DNA from: a virus | Taxonomy: Duplodnaviria; Caudoviricetes | Direction: 5' to 3' (one strand) | IMG/VR virus record: IMGVR_UViG_3300033072_000360 | Coordinates: 129 to 64,128 of that record | DNA length: 64,000 bases | Shown here: piece after piece, positions 38,288-52,000 of the stretch | Position numbering within the stretch: position 1 is the first letter of the stretch | Layout of the letters: each line of letters begins with the position of its first letter | Translations under genes and position numbers: made by a program | The notes under the pieces: generated by a model | The model's input: the letters and a program-made list of their open reading frames with translations, nothing else | Told to the model about the DNA's origin: nothing | Database searches by the model: none

Positions 38288-40057
38288 ATGGCTTTTAATC
38301 CAGACGCGTTTAATGCTGGACTTGGTGGAATTCTCCAGCAAATACTATCAAGTCGTCAACAAACACAGGCAATGCAACAGAAGCGAGCCGATGAAGAAAT
38401 TCCTCTGTTTAATCAGCAGCGAGCTTGGACGCGTGAAAATGCCGCCGACAAGTTTACAGAAGATGAACGCAATAACCAACGTCTATTGTGGCCGGGACAA
38501 AAAACTATACAAGAAAAACAAATTGAAGGCATGGGTATTGCTAATGAAGGCGGCAAAATTGGCAATGAGACCGCAGTAATTAATAAAGATACCGCTGGCA
38601 TCAATAGGGATGTTGCTAGAGAAACTAAACCTGACGTTATTGCGACTGCTAAAAATACTGCAATGACATCTGGTAGTCAGGCAAGACTTGCAGGTAATCA
38701 AGCTACTGTAAGTGATGCTGCATTACCCGGCGCGACAACTGAGGCTCAAGCAGCTACACCTTTAAAAGCAGCCGAAATACTAGAGAGACAAATCACAAAA
38801 AGGGACGCTGCGCTTGGCACAATGGCGCAGGCTAGAAAAATTATTGGCAATCCAGCATATACCCGTGAACAACAAGAAGGTGCAATTCGTGAATACATAA
38901 CCGCAAATATAGCATTGAAGGGAGCGTATGGTCCATCTGCACTTAGTAACTATAAGTTACTTGGCGGAAAAGAAAGTGAATATTGGGGTGGCCTTGGAGT
39001 TGATAAAAAACATTATGACCCAACAGGCATGGGGACATTCCGTATTCCATTACCCACCGACATTCATCCTGATTTAGTAGTTGACCCAGCACTGTTACGG
39101 GCAAGAGTATCTTCTACAGGAGCTGATGCAAAAACAGTACTGAAGGATGTGACTGATGCAATACGCGGCAATTACACTCCAAAAGACTTTGTTGGTAAGA
39201 TGCCCGGTTTTGTATTAGGGCAAATGCCTAATTTTAACAATTTACAAGCGTCTTGGAATAAAGGACAACAAGTTGAGCGGTGGGTTGCTGGTGGTGGCTT
39301 TCGCGCATTAAATGAACGACTTAGAGAATCTGGCATAGAGCCACAGCAATTTTATAAAAATAATTTTGGTGTTGATGTAGCATTAACAGAATTAGCAAGT
39401 GGCAAGTTAAGTAAAGCAACGCTATCTGCATTAAAACAACGCGTTAACTTTCAACAACCTGAGGGTTGGGAGAAAGACAGAAATGCGTATATTGATGGAG
39501 TTAAAGTAGCAGCTAGTGTATTTAATGATTTAAATACATCGACGGCTACACGAGGCGTGTCAAGAGACAATTTAATGCAAGCGGCTTTAGGAGCATTTGG
39601 TCAAACTGCAAAAAGTGCAATGGCAATGGTTAGCGAGACTGGAACTAATCTAAGGTCACTTATATCAAGTTACGCAAAGACAGTGGGCACCTCCTCAACA
39701 GAGTTCATGCAAACACTTAGCATGATGAAAAAAAACACTGATCCAAAAATAAAACAACAAGGAGAAGTGCTTGACAAGGCATACAACCAATACTTGGATG
39801 CACAAACGCTTCTTCTTAAAGCTACGGCAAAAGGCCCAAGAGCATTCACGTCAGATAACGCAGAAGCGCAAAAAGCCGTTGAAGACGCATTTACCGCAGT
39901 TACAAATGCTTTACCAAGAGGGTTTTACACGCCATTTGGTCAATCCTCTGTTCCTACTCCTGCTCCTGCTCCTGCAACAGGGGGTACGCGACAAGGTGGA
40001 GGTCGCCCTGCCGTCAATAATGGTGGTGCGCAAGTGGAAGAAGTTATCGTTCCGTAG
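38288..40057 (+). CDS. ejection protein 2 (putative)
   Basis: GLGGILQQI N-terminus, heptad-like NxxxQ repeats, position. Confidence 0.55.
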   Translation: MAFNPDAFNAGLGGILQQILSSRQQTQAMQQKRADEEIPLFNQQRAWTRENAADKFTEDERNNQRLLWPGQKTIQEKQIEGMGIANEGGKIGNETAVINKDTAGINRDVARETKPDVIATAKNTAMTSGSQARLAGNQATVSDAALPGATTEAQAATPLKAAEILERQITKRDAALGTMAQARKIIGNPAYTREQQEGAIREYITANIALKGAYGPSALSNYKLLGGKESEYWGGLGVDKKHYDPTGMGTFRIPLPTDIHPDLVVDPALLRARVSSTGADAKTVLKDVTDAIRGNYTPKDFVGKMPGFVLGQMPNFNNLQASWNKGQQVERWVAGGGFRALNERLRESGIEPQQFYKNNFGVDVALTELASGKLSKATLSALKQRVNFQQPEGWEKDRNAYIDGVKVAASVFNDLNTSTATRGVSRDNLMQAALGAFGQTAKSAMAMVSETGTNLRSLISSYAKTVGTSSTEFMQTLSMMKKNTDPKIKQQGEVLDKAYNQYLDAQTLLLKATAKGPRAFTSDNAEAQKAVEDAFTAVTNALPRGFYTPFGQSSVPTPAPAPATGGTRQGGGRPAVNNGGAQVEEVIVP

Positions 40058-40086
40058 CTTACTGTTTGATAAAAGGTGTTGCTTAC

Positions 40087-43000
40087 ATGCCAGTACAAGA
40101 TCCAAAGAAAAAGAAGAAACAATTTGGCCCTCCAACAGAATTGCAGTGGTTGCAGTCCGTGCGGGGAAAAGCATTAAAGTCATATCAAGACACCGTAAAA
40201 ACAGCTACGCAAAATAATGCACAACGAACAAGTAGCGGATTGGTTCAATGGGATGATCCAAAATCTATTGCACCTAACATAAAACAATACCAAGCCGAGG
40301 TTGTGACTCCGTTAAAGCAAGCAATTGCTGCGGGTAATCCATCGGTAATAAACAAACAAACATACGACTTAATACATTCTGGTGTAGCGCAAAAATTTCT
40401 TTCCCCTAAAGACAGAGATGATCTGCTTGATCAGATTCAAACCATGCGCGATAAGTTATCTAAAAAGCCAATAGTGTTTAATGAAAACGGCAAACGAACT
40501 GGTTTAATGTTTTCGCCATCCGGCTCTGGTAACGATCGAAGATTAGCAACTCATGGCGATTTAATTACTGGTCAAACGTACAACAAGCAGGATACAAAGC
40601 AAGGCGTTTCTGATTTTTTATATGATCGAGTTGATAATCGAACCGCATCAATTGCAAAGCTTGATAAATATCAACCTTACACTGGCGACGGAAATGCGTT
40701 AGGTAAAACAGGAATAACGGCAGCTGCTAGTGCGCTTGGCATTGTAAATAATGTTGTTGACCCAGCAGGTGTTTCGCGAGGATTATTGCAACTTGGGGCA
40801 GATAAAATCCCCGCTTTGCGACCGTTACAGGAAACAATAGCCCCAACAATCAAGCAGATTGACGAGTACAGAAATGCTTCAGATGAGGGGCAAGCAGATT
40901 TTAATCCGCGATTAGAAGCTGGTTCCTATGTAGAAGGTTTAAAAGGCGGTTTGCGATCTGTAGTAGGCGGTTTATACACTGGAACATCAAACGCAATTTA
41001 CGGTCCAGATGTACAGGGCGCATTGCGAAATGAAGGATTGTCAGCCGTTGACATTATGAATGAGGATGCGCAACGTGCGGCTAGAAATCCAAATTCATTA
41101 TTTACATATCAACTTGGACAAAGTCTTCCTGCGCTTGCAATGAGTTTGCCGTTGGTAGGCGCACAATTAAATGCTGCTAGAACTTTAGGCCAAGCTTTAC
41201 TTGCACCAATGGGTCGGGCCTCCCTTGGCGGAGCAATTGGCACTGGCGTTGGCATAGCTGCCCCAGCTGCTATTGGCGCGGCTACTCCATTCATGCCTGA
41301 GCCGTTAGCTGCAGCAACTCGTCAGATACTGAGTCCTACCGATGCGTTATGGAGAGGTGGCATTCCAGAGGAAGCAAACGCAGCAGTTGCTGCTGGTGAC
41401 CCAACTGGAGAAATTCAACGCAATGCATCATTAGCTGCTGGTGTTTTAATGATGGGTGGGCCATCCGTCGCAATGTGGAAGGATGTTAAAACAACTGCAG
41501 AAAGAGGAATGGCGTATTACAAGCACCAACTTGGTAAAGGCGTTATGCCGCGTCAAGCTTTAGCCAAAACGCTTGACACGTATGGTAAAAGCCGTATTGC
41601 AACATCTCTCGGTACTGAATTTGCGTTCGGCGGTGGAACGCCAGCGTTACATAGTATTGGTCAGGCAGTGGCAAACGTCAATAAGGATAAGGCTCAGCGT
41701 CCCGGTGAAATTGAACACTTTGACGCAGGTCATGCATTATCAAGCACAATTCTAGGACTGTTATTTCAAACGCGCGTTCCGCACATGTTCCAAAAATCGT
41801 TTGAATATAACCCATTGCGAAAAATGGAAGCACGATCTTTGGCTCGTGATTACGCAGTAAATGCAATGAAGGGTCCAAATAAACAAGTTGAAAAAATACG
41901 AACTTGGTTTCGCGATAATAAAGGTTACGATCCTAATGTGGAAGACATTTATCGGCTGACCTCAGCAATAAAGATTTCAAATGATGAAGCGCTTCATGGA
42001 TTAATGCAGAATGCAGACGCGCCGGAAGTACCTCGCCGAAACGCATACGCAACCTTAGATGAAGCTATTGATGCATACATCAATAACGACGCAAATTTTG
42101 ACCCTGAAACCAGAGGTCAACTTGATCAATTATCTGGTGAAGTGCGAAACGCAGAAACTACTGGCGACGAAACTGACTTTAGCGATTCAGCATTAGGCAA
42201 AATTAATATTGACGATCAACTTGGTTATGATGCGGTTGCTCGCCATCAAGAAATTCAACGAATTACAGATGCAGTAACACCGCATTTTGAACAACTTTTA
42301 AATTCACACGGTAACGCTGTAAAAGAAACTGAATCACAATACTGGGGCATCAAATTAAATGATGGCCGAACAATGGTTGTGAGTAAGCGCAGTGGTAATA
42401 GGCGCATTGTTACTGGCGATGCAATTAAAGACGTTGACTACATTGATCCGTTTGCTGCTCGTCCAACTACATCTCATAACGCTGGAATCGCTAACGCTTT
42501 AAAATACGCAAGCAGTGTCATCGCTTCAATGAAAGAAGCGTACTTGCATGAGATTAAAGATAATGACAGAGAACACACTGGTATTCCCGTTGGCGTACTG
42601 AATGATGGAACCATTGTCGTAGTTTCTAAACGTCGCGGACTTAATCGTGGCGGACAGATGGGTTTTGTCCGACCGGATCGAGCAGTTGCAACAGATCCAG
42701 ACATAGGTACTGCAAATCCTATACGCGAAGTAGTTAACTGGGTACGCCAAAACATACCAAGTTATCGCACATCAGGCGAGGCTGTTACATTTCGTCCAGA
42801 CAGGCCTGTATCAGAAGAGTTTCCAACAAAATTACAAGTGGGAGATTCGCACGTTGCATCTCGTTTGGTGCATCTTGAAAATGGCGTTGGTGTTTATCAA
42901 ACTCCAGATGGTGGCTTATTCTTTATCCCCGGTGCTCGTGGGGAGGTATTGCCACCTATTGAATCAACTACTCATTTATCACCAAGTGATGAAGTTAAAC

Positions 43001-46000
43001 AACAACTTGGATCTTCTAACTTAACAGCAAAATCTTTAGGCGCTAGTCTTATGGTCGGTGGTGTTTCTGTTCAGTTGCGCATACCGGACTTAGCAAGTTT
43101 ATTGGGTATGCGTGATCTAACTACTGGTGCTATTGATGCGACTAGGTTAGCAGGATTACAAGGTATGTTCCGAAATGATCCAGACCTAGTTGTGCAGCAA
43201 ATATGGAATACGTTTGCAAAACGTGTAGCAACAGCACAGGAAACAGCGTTACTTAATCCCGTTCCAGATGTGGGACAAATAGTAACTTTTGACGGCGAAT
43301 CCGGTCAACACATTGTCGTGCACAGCAACAAGGAAAGTGGCGTGTTTTTAGCAAGGCCATTGCGCGATTTAAATGGCGAAACAATGATCGGGATGTCATA
43401 TGACCCTGAGCAAGGATATAAGCCATGGGTTGCTAATTCGGTCATGTCACGTGATGCATTAGAGCGTTTGCATGCAAATGCTTCAGCAATACATGGTCTC
43501 TCACCAGAGGCAATGTTCCCAAGTGACAGCATCATTGACGTCGAGCATCTAGACATGGCAGCCGCAATGTCAAATACAGGCAAGGTAGCTGGTTTACTTC
43601 CAACGATTCTAAATGCTACACCTGAAACGTTACGGCAATCTGTATTGGATGTAGTTGACGCCGCTAATGACTTAGCGTCTCATCCTGATTTGGCACAATA
43701 CGATATCTACAAAAGCCTAGAGTACACACTTAACGAGTGGATGAAGGCAAATAGAGGCAATGCAGACATTGTGCAATCAATGATGCATGACATGTACTAT
43801 CAGTTTTCTAAGCAAACAGTAGACTCTAAAAAGGCACTTGCGTTTTGGCGGTTATTACGATCGGACAATCTGTCAGAAACATACAACGCAATAATCATGT
43901 CGGACAATGGAGCTATTGCTACAGCGTCTGACACGACTATGAATAGCGCAATGCCGGGGGCTACTAATTTCCCAAGTTTGTTGTCGATGGCAATGCGTGT
44001 CAACCATCTTGTGTTTGAATCTGGTTCTACCGAACGTCGTTTGGAAACACACATTCGGAACATGGTTGGCAAATTAGGTTTAGAAAAAGAACAAGAAGAA
44101 GATGTCTTCAAAAAAGTAAGATCACTTGCTTATGCATTACGTGGTGTGTTACCAGCGTTGCAATCCAAGTTTCTTGTGTTGCCATCTAAGCAGTGGTTAG
44201 TACATAAGTTTAGTGGATTACCACAGGAAATACAGGCATTTGCTTACGATATGCCCATTGAGCCACGAGGTGATAGTGTTGACCCAATCATCTCGAATTG
44301 GCATAAATCTGAGGCTAAATACAATGAAGCTGTCACTCACGCCGAACAACAATTGGCAGGTCCAAATGCCGAAGCGTTTAAGCGATCATTGATTGATAAT
44401 GGATATGAATACTTTATTGCTTTAGCTGAAAACACCGCAGCGCGATCTGAGCAGACGGCTGTAAGACGTGCGTTACGTCACGATGTCGGGGCTGCAAAAA
44501 CATGGATTGCGCGTACCGATGAATTTTTCCGTAAGCGAATGGTGGCGCAGCAGACAAAGGCTGTTGTTGAGGCTGCCGTATTGCTACATAGCAATAGAAC
44601 GACTGGAACAAATTATGTAGTTGGATTACGTCAGACGCAAGCTGCACTAGCGCATTTTGATCAATCAATGGTTGAGAGCACATTGCGTGAAATCTCACCT
44701 GACGGATCACTGGTTCGCATTGGGACCAGAAGCATTGACGTTGCAATGCCTTCATATGATGAGATTGTTTCCATTATTAGCGAGTTGCAAACTAAATATA
44801 GTGAGCATGACTTAGCACACATTGCTGCTAATGACACAGATTCATTGATGAATGGGTCTGAGATGTACGTTGTTGAAGCTCCTGATGGACGTGATGCTGC
44901 TGTTGCATTTGAATCAATGCAGAAAGCTCGCCAAGTTAATGCAACTATGCAGGAGTATTACGACAACATTCCATTAGAGGATAAGCAAAAGCTTGCTGTC
45001 ATGCTTGGTCCTTGGGACACTGTTAAACGATATCTAAACCAAATGGTATTAAGTCGTCCCGGTGAAATTGCTGATCGTGATGCGCTTGAGCACATTGTGT
45101 ATGGATTAATGAGGGCCAGCGAGAATCAAGCTTGGTCTTTGAAAACTCTGTTTACTAAAGCTGGTGATTACGACAAGTTTATTAATGCAGCAACAATTGT
45201 TCGTGAGAAAATGGACTTACGCGAACGGCAAAACAATGTTTACTCAGACGAGGTGACAGACGGATTAACTGGAAGAATTAATTTAAATTTTGATACGGAA
45301 TTAGACACAGCTGTTAAAGAGCTAGTAAAAGTATTACGCGCTGAAGACCCCGCCGACAGATCTAATCCTGAAGAGTTTGCAAACCTTGCCGGGTTATCGT
45401 TCGTATTAATGCCAGAATTTTTAGCGCAAACACCTACACTTATTCGCACAAAGCAAGGCAAAGAATTAGCAGCGCGTCAATTACTGCGCGAGCAAGAAAT
45501 TATTGCACGTAATTTAAAGTCAGACGTACAAATGTCTCGTCAGTATAAAGCGGACGTGTTGGATGTGGTCAATGCGCGACAAGAAATTAACGGACGCGTT
45601 TCCAAATTCATGGGCATGGATACTGCTTTATATGACCCAGACTCACATACGTTAATTTCTGATGCAATGGAGCATGTTCTTCATGGTCGTCAAGATAGAG
45701 TGCTGACAAATGCAGATATTGAAGCAATTGTTGCTGAGGCGAATAGACTACAAGTTGCATTTGCAAGATTGGATCGCGATGTAGATTCATTTGCTGAAAA
45801 CCCAAATGCTGCTTTAACCGCGCCTATTTCTATTGAGTTTGATGGTGATGGTTCTGATAGTTATCAAGACGCAGATACGTTAACTAAAGCAAAGCGAATT
45901 ACAGCATATAAGGTTTACACAAAAGCCGGACTTGAAGCATTGTTATTAGCAGCAATGAAAAACGAGTTAAAGCTTGGTGAGGATGTAACGTTACGTGATT

Positions 46001-49000
46001 TTGTTGAGGCGAGAACAACTGCAGACGAGCAATTGAAAACACTGTACAGGACCACCACTGCTGTTCGTGATTATTTAAACCGTCTTGTGTTTCAACGCGG
46101 TAATAGTAAAACGCTTTCTGCTTATTATTTACCATGGGAATCCAATGTAATTGACAATGTAAATTTAAACGCTGGTGCTTTAGACGGGCAGGTATTTTTT
46201 GATGCGTTTGTGAATTCAGTTGAAAAGAATTTAACAGCACAACAAAAAACTGTATTTAGGCAATCAATTGTTGAGTATGTAAATAAAAACAAAGCGGATG
46301 ATGGAACATTTACATTTGAGGTTAATAAGTTAGCGCAATTGGTCAATCCGTTTGGTATAGCGTTGCAGGATGTGATGCCGCGTTCATTTGATGGCAATAG
46401 GGTTGGCGCACCATTCTCTACTTCTGACGGCATGTCAATTGCGTATCGCATTACTGGTCGCATGGCTGCAATGGAAGTGCATGCTGGCGTGAGGTTTAGT
46501 AGGTCTGAAAACGCGGTTGGAAATAAGTTGCGTGAGCGTTTGCTTGGATACAAAAATACATCCGTAGCTGACACGGCATCACAACTGGATATATCCTCTC
46601 GTCCAGATTTTCCGGCGCAGCTTACAGCAAACGACTTAGATTTAATTATCGACGACTTTCAGGACCTGCATACACAACTGGCAAAATTAAAAACGAGTAA
46701 TCAACTGCATGATGATTCTGTTCTAGACACAGTGATTGATCAATTATCGTATTACAGAGGACTGCGACAGGGCTATCAGGGCAATGATGCAATCACTAAC
46801 TTGCAGACCAAAGTTACTGATGTTGTTGCGCAATATAAAGATGCAACAAAACTTGCAAAATACGTTTCAGAATTTCACGATATGTTTGCGACTAAGTCGG
46901 CAATCAATCAGCTGTCTTACGAATTAAATGCATCTGGAGCATCATTAAATGAATATGTTGCTTTGGGGATTGCTGCAAAAATAAGTCCTGATATTTTACG
47001 TGATGCCGTTCGTAGTAACTTAACTGTTGGGCAGTTACTTGGGAAAGAAGGCATTGAATTAGGCTTAACGGAAGTTGATCAAGCTAAACTCAAGCACTTG
47101 CGTATTGCTCAGATGAAACAGGATTTTTACAAATCAAATCACCAGCTATTAATTACTACTGGTGATTTGTTGCGCGAGCAACATAATGTGGCTTTGATGA
47201 ATGGCGCAGCAGGAGAGCCGTACGGACAACTTAAGCTGCTACAAATGGAACGTCAAAATAATACAATGTCGCATTTATTATTCTTGGCTTCCCAAAAGGG
47301 TCCTGAGCGTACAGCATTTACCATTGCTCATGAAATGGGACACTTTATTTTTGAGTCTCTTCCTGATTACTTGCAAGTTCAATATTTGGCTGCAGTCATT
47401 CCGGACAAGGGAACATACGGCCAGAAGCAAACAACATTACAGGCCTCGCACACGGCTGCATACGATTTAGTCAATATGGCAAAAGCAGCACTGCATGATT
47501 GGACTGAAGTTCAGAAAAATAATCCGGCTGATTTTAGATTGACTGACATTGAAGGTTGGGAAGGATGGATAGTCAAGGGTGACAATGTTGCTGAAAACAA
47601 TAGAGGTTATTTGAAAGAACTCAGCACAGTAGCATTAACAAACTTTATTCTTAGCGATGGCGTGGTAATGGATGACACCAACCGCAATACACGTAGTGAG
47701 CATGCAATTGGTGTGTTGCAGGGATATGGGCAAGTACTACGCAATTTACATCAACGCATTGCAAGTAAAGCTCACGACTTAATTACAATTGACGGAAAAC
47801 CGTACAATGGATTCTTTGTTGACCCAAACGTGAATAAATTTCGCTATCGCGCCAATCAATTAGATTTTGTGTCATTGCGACACGGTAGTAATCTTCATTT
47901 TATTGTTCCGCATTTACGTGGATCAACTGGCTCGTTGCTAGTTCGTACCCCCGGAGACATGATGGAGCTATCGTCAAGTCTTCCTGATCCAACTACATCG
48001 CAGTTTGTGCAATATATGCTTGGCGCGGACAGTACTGCACAGGAAGTACAAGCTGCAGTTGATGGCGGATATTCCTTTATGGCATCTTCCGTGCAATCGG
48101 GTCCATTTTTTAGGGCAAATGCAGAGACCGCAAAGTTTGGTTATGGGCGTAGGGTTACAGGAAAAGTAGTAGGTATTGTTAGAGCCACGAATTTTACTAC
48201 ACCTGAAGCAGCAAAAGAAGCTGGATATAACCCAGCATTCATGGGTATTAATGGAAATAACAAGAAAGTTGTTTGGATTCATGAATCCAATAGAGAAAAT
48301 CAAAACAACAAATGGTATTCCACAACTACACGAAGTGCATTGCAGCCGGGTACTGATGAAGGAACAGCGTCTAACGCACGTGTTGGCAACGTAGGGCGCG
48401 ATTACGCATACGTAGTCGAAAGCACTGGTTCAATTAAATTATTTAAACGACGTACTGGTGAAAATGAAATTGGGTACGAAACAAAAAGCTGGGACAATGT
48501 AACTACAAGACATCTAGTCGGGCACGATGCGTTTGCATTAGACGAAACGCAACGTCCATATATTGTAGAAACTGGAAAAATTGGCAATCCAAAGTTTAAT
48601 CACGTTGTGTATTCTATGTTGTCGCGTGTAGATCAACGCATGCGTGAACTTGGAGGTGATTTAAATTATGCTACACAAGTTGAAAGTCAAAAGGCATTAG
48701 CTCGCGAATACAGCGGTCAGGAAAATGGATTTACCGATGTATACACTGATGCAGTAGCTGTTGACTTGGCTAAATCTAGTGGTGACATCGGAGAACAATT
48801 ATTAAACCGTGACGAAAAAGATTTAAAGGCTATTCAACTTGCTAAGGTTGGTGACTGGGCGCGATTAAAAGCTAAGGCTATGTCATTTACTCAGTGGATG
48901 ACTAGAAATAAAGGCGCTGTGCCAGAATCAGTCAATGAAAAAATTAATGAAGCCACTGACAGCATGTCGTTGTTTAGAAATAAACAGAATCCAGATGGCA

Positions 49001-52000
49001 CATACTCACGAGCTGACGATCCAGAATTATCTGACTGGTATTCCGGTTTAAAAACTAAAGTGTCATTCGGAGGTAAATCGTTTGATGGTCAAACGATGGC
49101 CTTGTGGTTGTCACAATTTGCTGGTGAAAATTTCCAAGAAACTCTTGGTCGGATTTATGAGGCATGGCAGGATCACGCTAATTCAGGTACAGAAGAGCCT
49201 TTCGACTTTAATGCATTAGGTTTAAACACTGAAATTATGTATGGCGGACGATTGTTTGACATGGCTCCACGATTAAACGAGATATTTTCTGACGTGACTC
49301 GCGACCCAGAAGCAGTCGGCAGTATGTTGGAAGAAATGTATCACGGCACAATGAACGAGATGTGGTATCGATGGCTAAATGACGTTATGCCATCTACTGA
49401 TTCTGCTGAAAATGGAATACCAATTGTTGTTGAACAGTTATTAAAACGTGGAGTTCCAGTAGAAAATACTAGTTTAAATCCAAAGGTCACCTTTTACGGC
49501 CAAGAACATGACGCACAGCCAGTTATTGATTGGGCTATTGATACGTATGGGCATTTAGATAACGCCGAATTAAATCAGGTTACTAAGGCGGCTAGATTAG
49601 ATGCACCACGGCCACGCATCATCTTAAATGACTCCGCTCCACTGCAGGCTGTATCTAAAGCTGCATTAAACTGGGTGCGCACTACGGTGTTTCGCGGGGA
49701 TGACGGAAGCTTTGCTGAATATTTGCGTGATTATTCGGGAGAAAATGGTCCACTAAAACAGGCTAGGGCAACAAACATCTTTAATTCGGTTAGGTTTGTG
49801 CAAAACATTGACAGCCGCATGCGCAGGAATGCATTAAGGAACTGGCAATCTTGGAATATACATGACACGTCTGGCGATTCTGTAATTTTGCGAGCACCAG
49901 ATAAACAGGTTGGAAGACGTTTATATAACGACAGTAAGTATGGAAGTTTAATATCCGTCAATTTAGTAACTGGTGAAACAGCCTACGTTTCTGAAAACAT
50001 TGAATATAGAGCAGATGGAACGCGTAAATCATATAAACCTATTAAAACGTTTGATCAATTTTTAGCGTATCAAAATACTCATTCAGACTTTAGACATCAG
50101 GCAGCGCCTAATTCACAGTGGCAATCACCAGAAGATGTTTTTGGAACATATGCCAGCACAATGCTGGCTACTGTAACCTCTGACCCACAATATTTAGCTA
50201 CAGGAAAAACATATGTAGCAGCGCCATCAAAATCTTGGTTTAAAGGACCACAACATAACGATGGCGGAGTGATGTATCAAGTTACACAACAAGGTGGTCA
50301 GTTTAAAGTACGTGAATTGTCTAGCTGGTGGCATCAACCAAATGACGTTGAGCAAAAAGATTTTGGAACAATGTTGACTGCTGCAATACAGCACCTTCCA
50401 TTAGAACAGCGCAATGCAATCATGAAAAACCAGATACTTTCTGAGGAATATCACATTGCTCGACTGCTACTTGCAAAAGACAAATTAACCGATCAAACAC
50501 ATTCGCAATCTTTAGCTCGTACATCTACAGACAAAAATGTTTTTGGTGTTACTGAAGGCAAATTGCAAATGCGGGAAACATCAGATAACACGTGGTACAG
50601 CCAAGATCCAACATCGCACTCTATAACTCCCGATGAAGATGTTCCGTATCGTTGGTCAAGTTTAGAGCCACCAATTGGTTTTGATAGAAATTATGACCTT
50701 GCAGAAGCTTATTATTTAGCAAGGCACGTTGATCAAACATCAGCCATTAGTGAAGCTGCATCTGAATTGCCAATTACGTTGTTTAATGACCCAACATTAA
50801 AAGCACCTATTGCAACAACTACGCAGAATGGTGAATTTGTTGTGCGGATTAACAGCAAAAACTGGGACGAAATTGTAGAACCAATGAACTCGTTGGTTCC
50901 GGGCGGAGGTCGCAAAAAATTAACAGCAAAACCTGGCACATCTATAACCATCAATACTCCTGTTAGTAAAACATCAGCAGGCAAGCCATTTAAAAATGGC
51001 ATATTGAGAATGCTAGGCAATGACTTTAGATACATTTTGTCAAATGACTTAAGTGCATTTGCAGTCCAGTCATTTAAGGCAATATCGGGAGACCCTACAT
51101 TGTTGTTTCCCGCGTTACTAGCATTGCCAAGCTTAGTAATGCCTAACTGGCGTGATTTACCTTTCTTTGTTGGGCCGTTGTTAGAGAAGTTGATTCACGA
51201 AAAACATGGTATGTCAGCTGGCTTTGGCGATAAGTATTACGACGTGTTGATGAATAAATTACTACGACGTTATAACCGCATTGCAATGGCAAGAAATCCT
51301 TCAGCTGAAGAAATTACGTGGGAGCAGTTGATTAAATCTGGATATCACTCCAACTACAAAGACTGGATGACAGACTTTGAGTCTAGACAAGCTCTTAACC
51401 CAAGCCGATATCAGAAATTAACGGATACGTCTTTTGTCCCCGTTGATGAAAACGTTAATCAAGGTGTGCTTCAAGAATTGCAACCATTATTTGTAGGAAT
51501 GGGGGCGTGGTATTCACCAATGTTCTGGTTCCCAAAACGATGGGATCAAACACGACTACTGATGCGCGACGCAATGCATCTTAAGCATGCACTAGACGTA
51601 ATGCACTCATCACACGATTTATATGAGCCAAGTCCTGATAACGAACAGGCAGATGCGTATAGCAGAGCTAGACAAGCATCAAATAGGCGTCAAGCCATGC
51701 GCCAAGTTAATCTGGATTTTGGATTGCAGAAATTTACAGCAAACGACACGCAATCTCCATTAGCAAAGAATATCAATGCTGGATTTAATTACATGCAAAC
51801 TGCTCCTGCATATCATAGGAACTTTTTAAATTCAGTTCCTTTGTTAGGAGAATGGTCATATGTCATACGTAATAAGGTCAATGAGGTTGGAAATAAAATT
51901 CCATCCGGTGTAACGCCACTACATGGTGATGTATTTGATCTAACGTGGGAGAAAACCTTTTACGAAAATTCAAGAACAAATGCATGGGCAAGAAGCCGTA

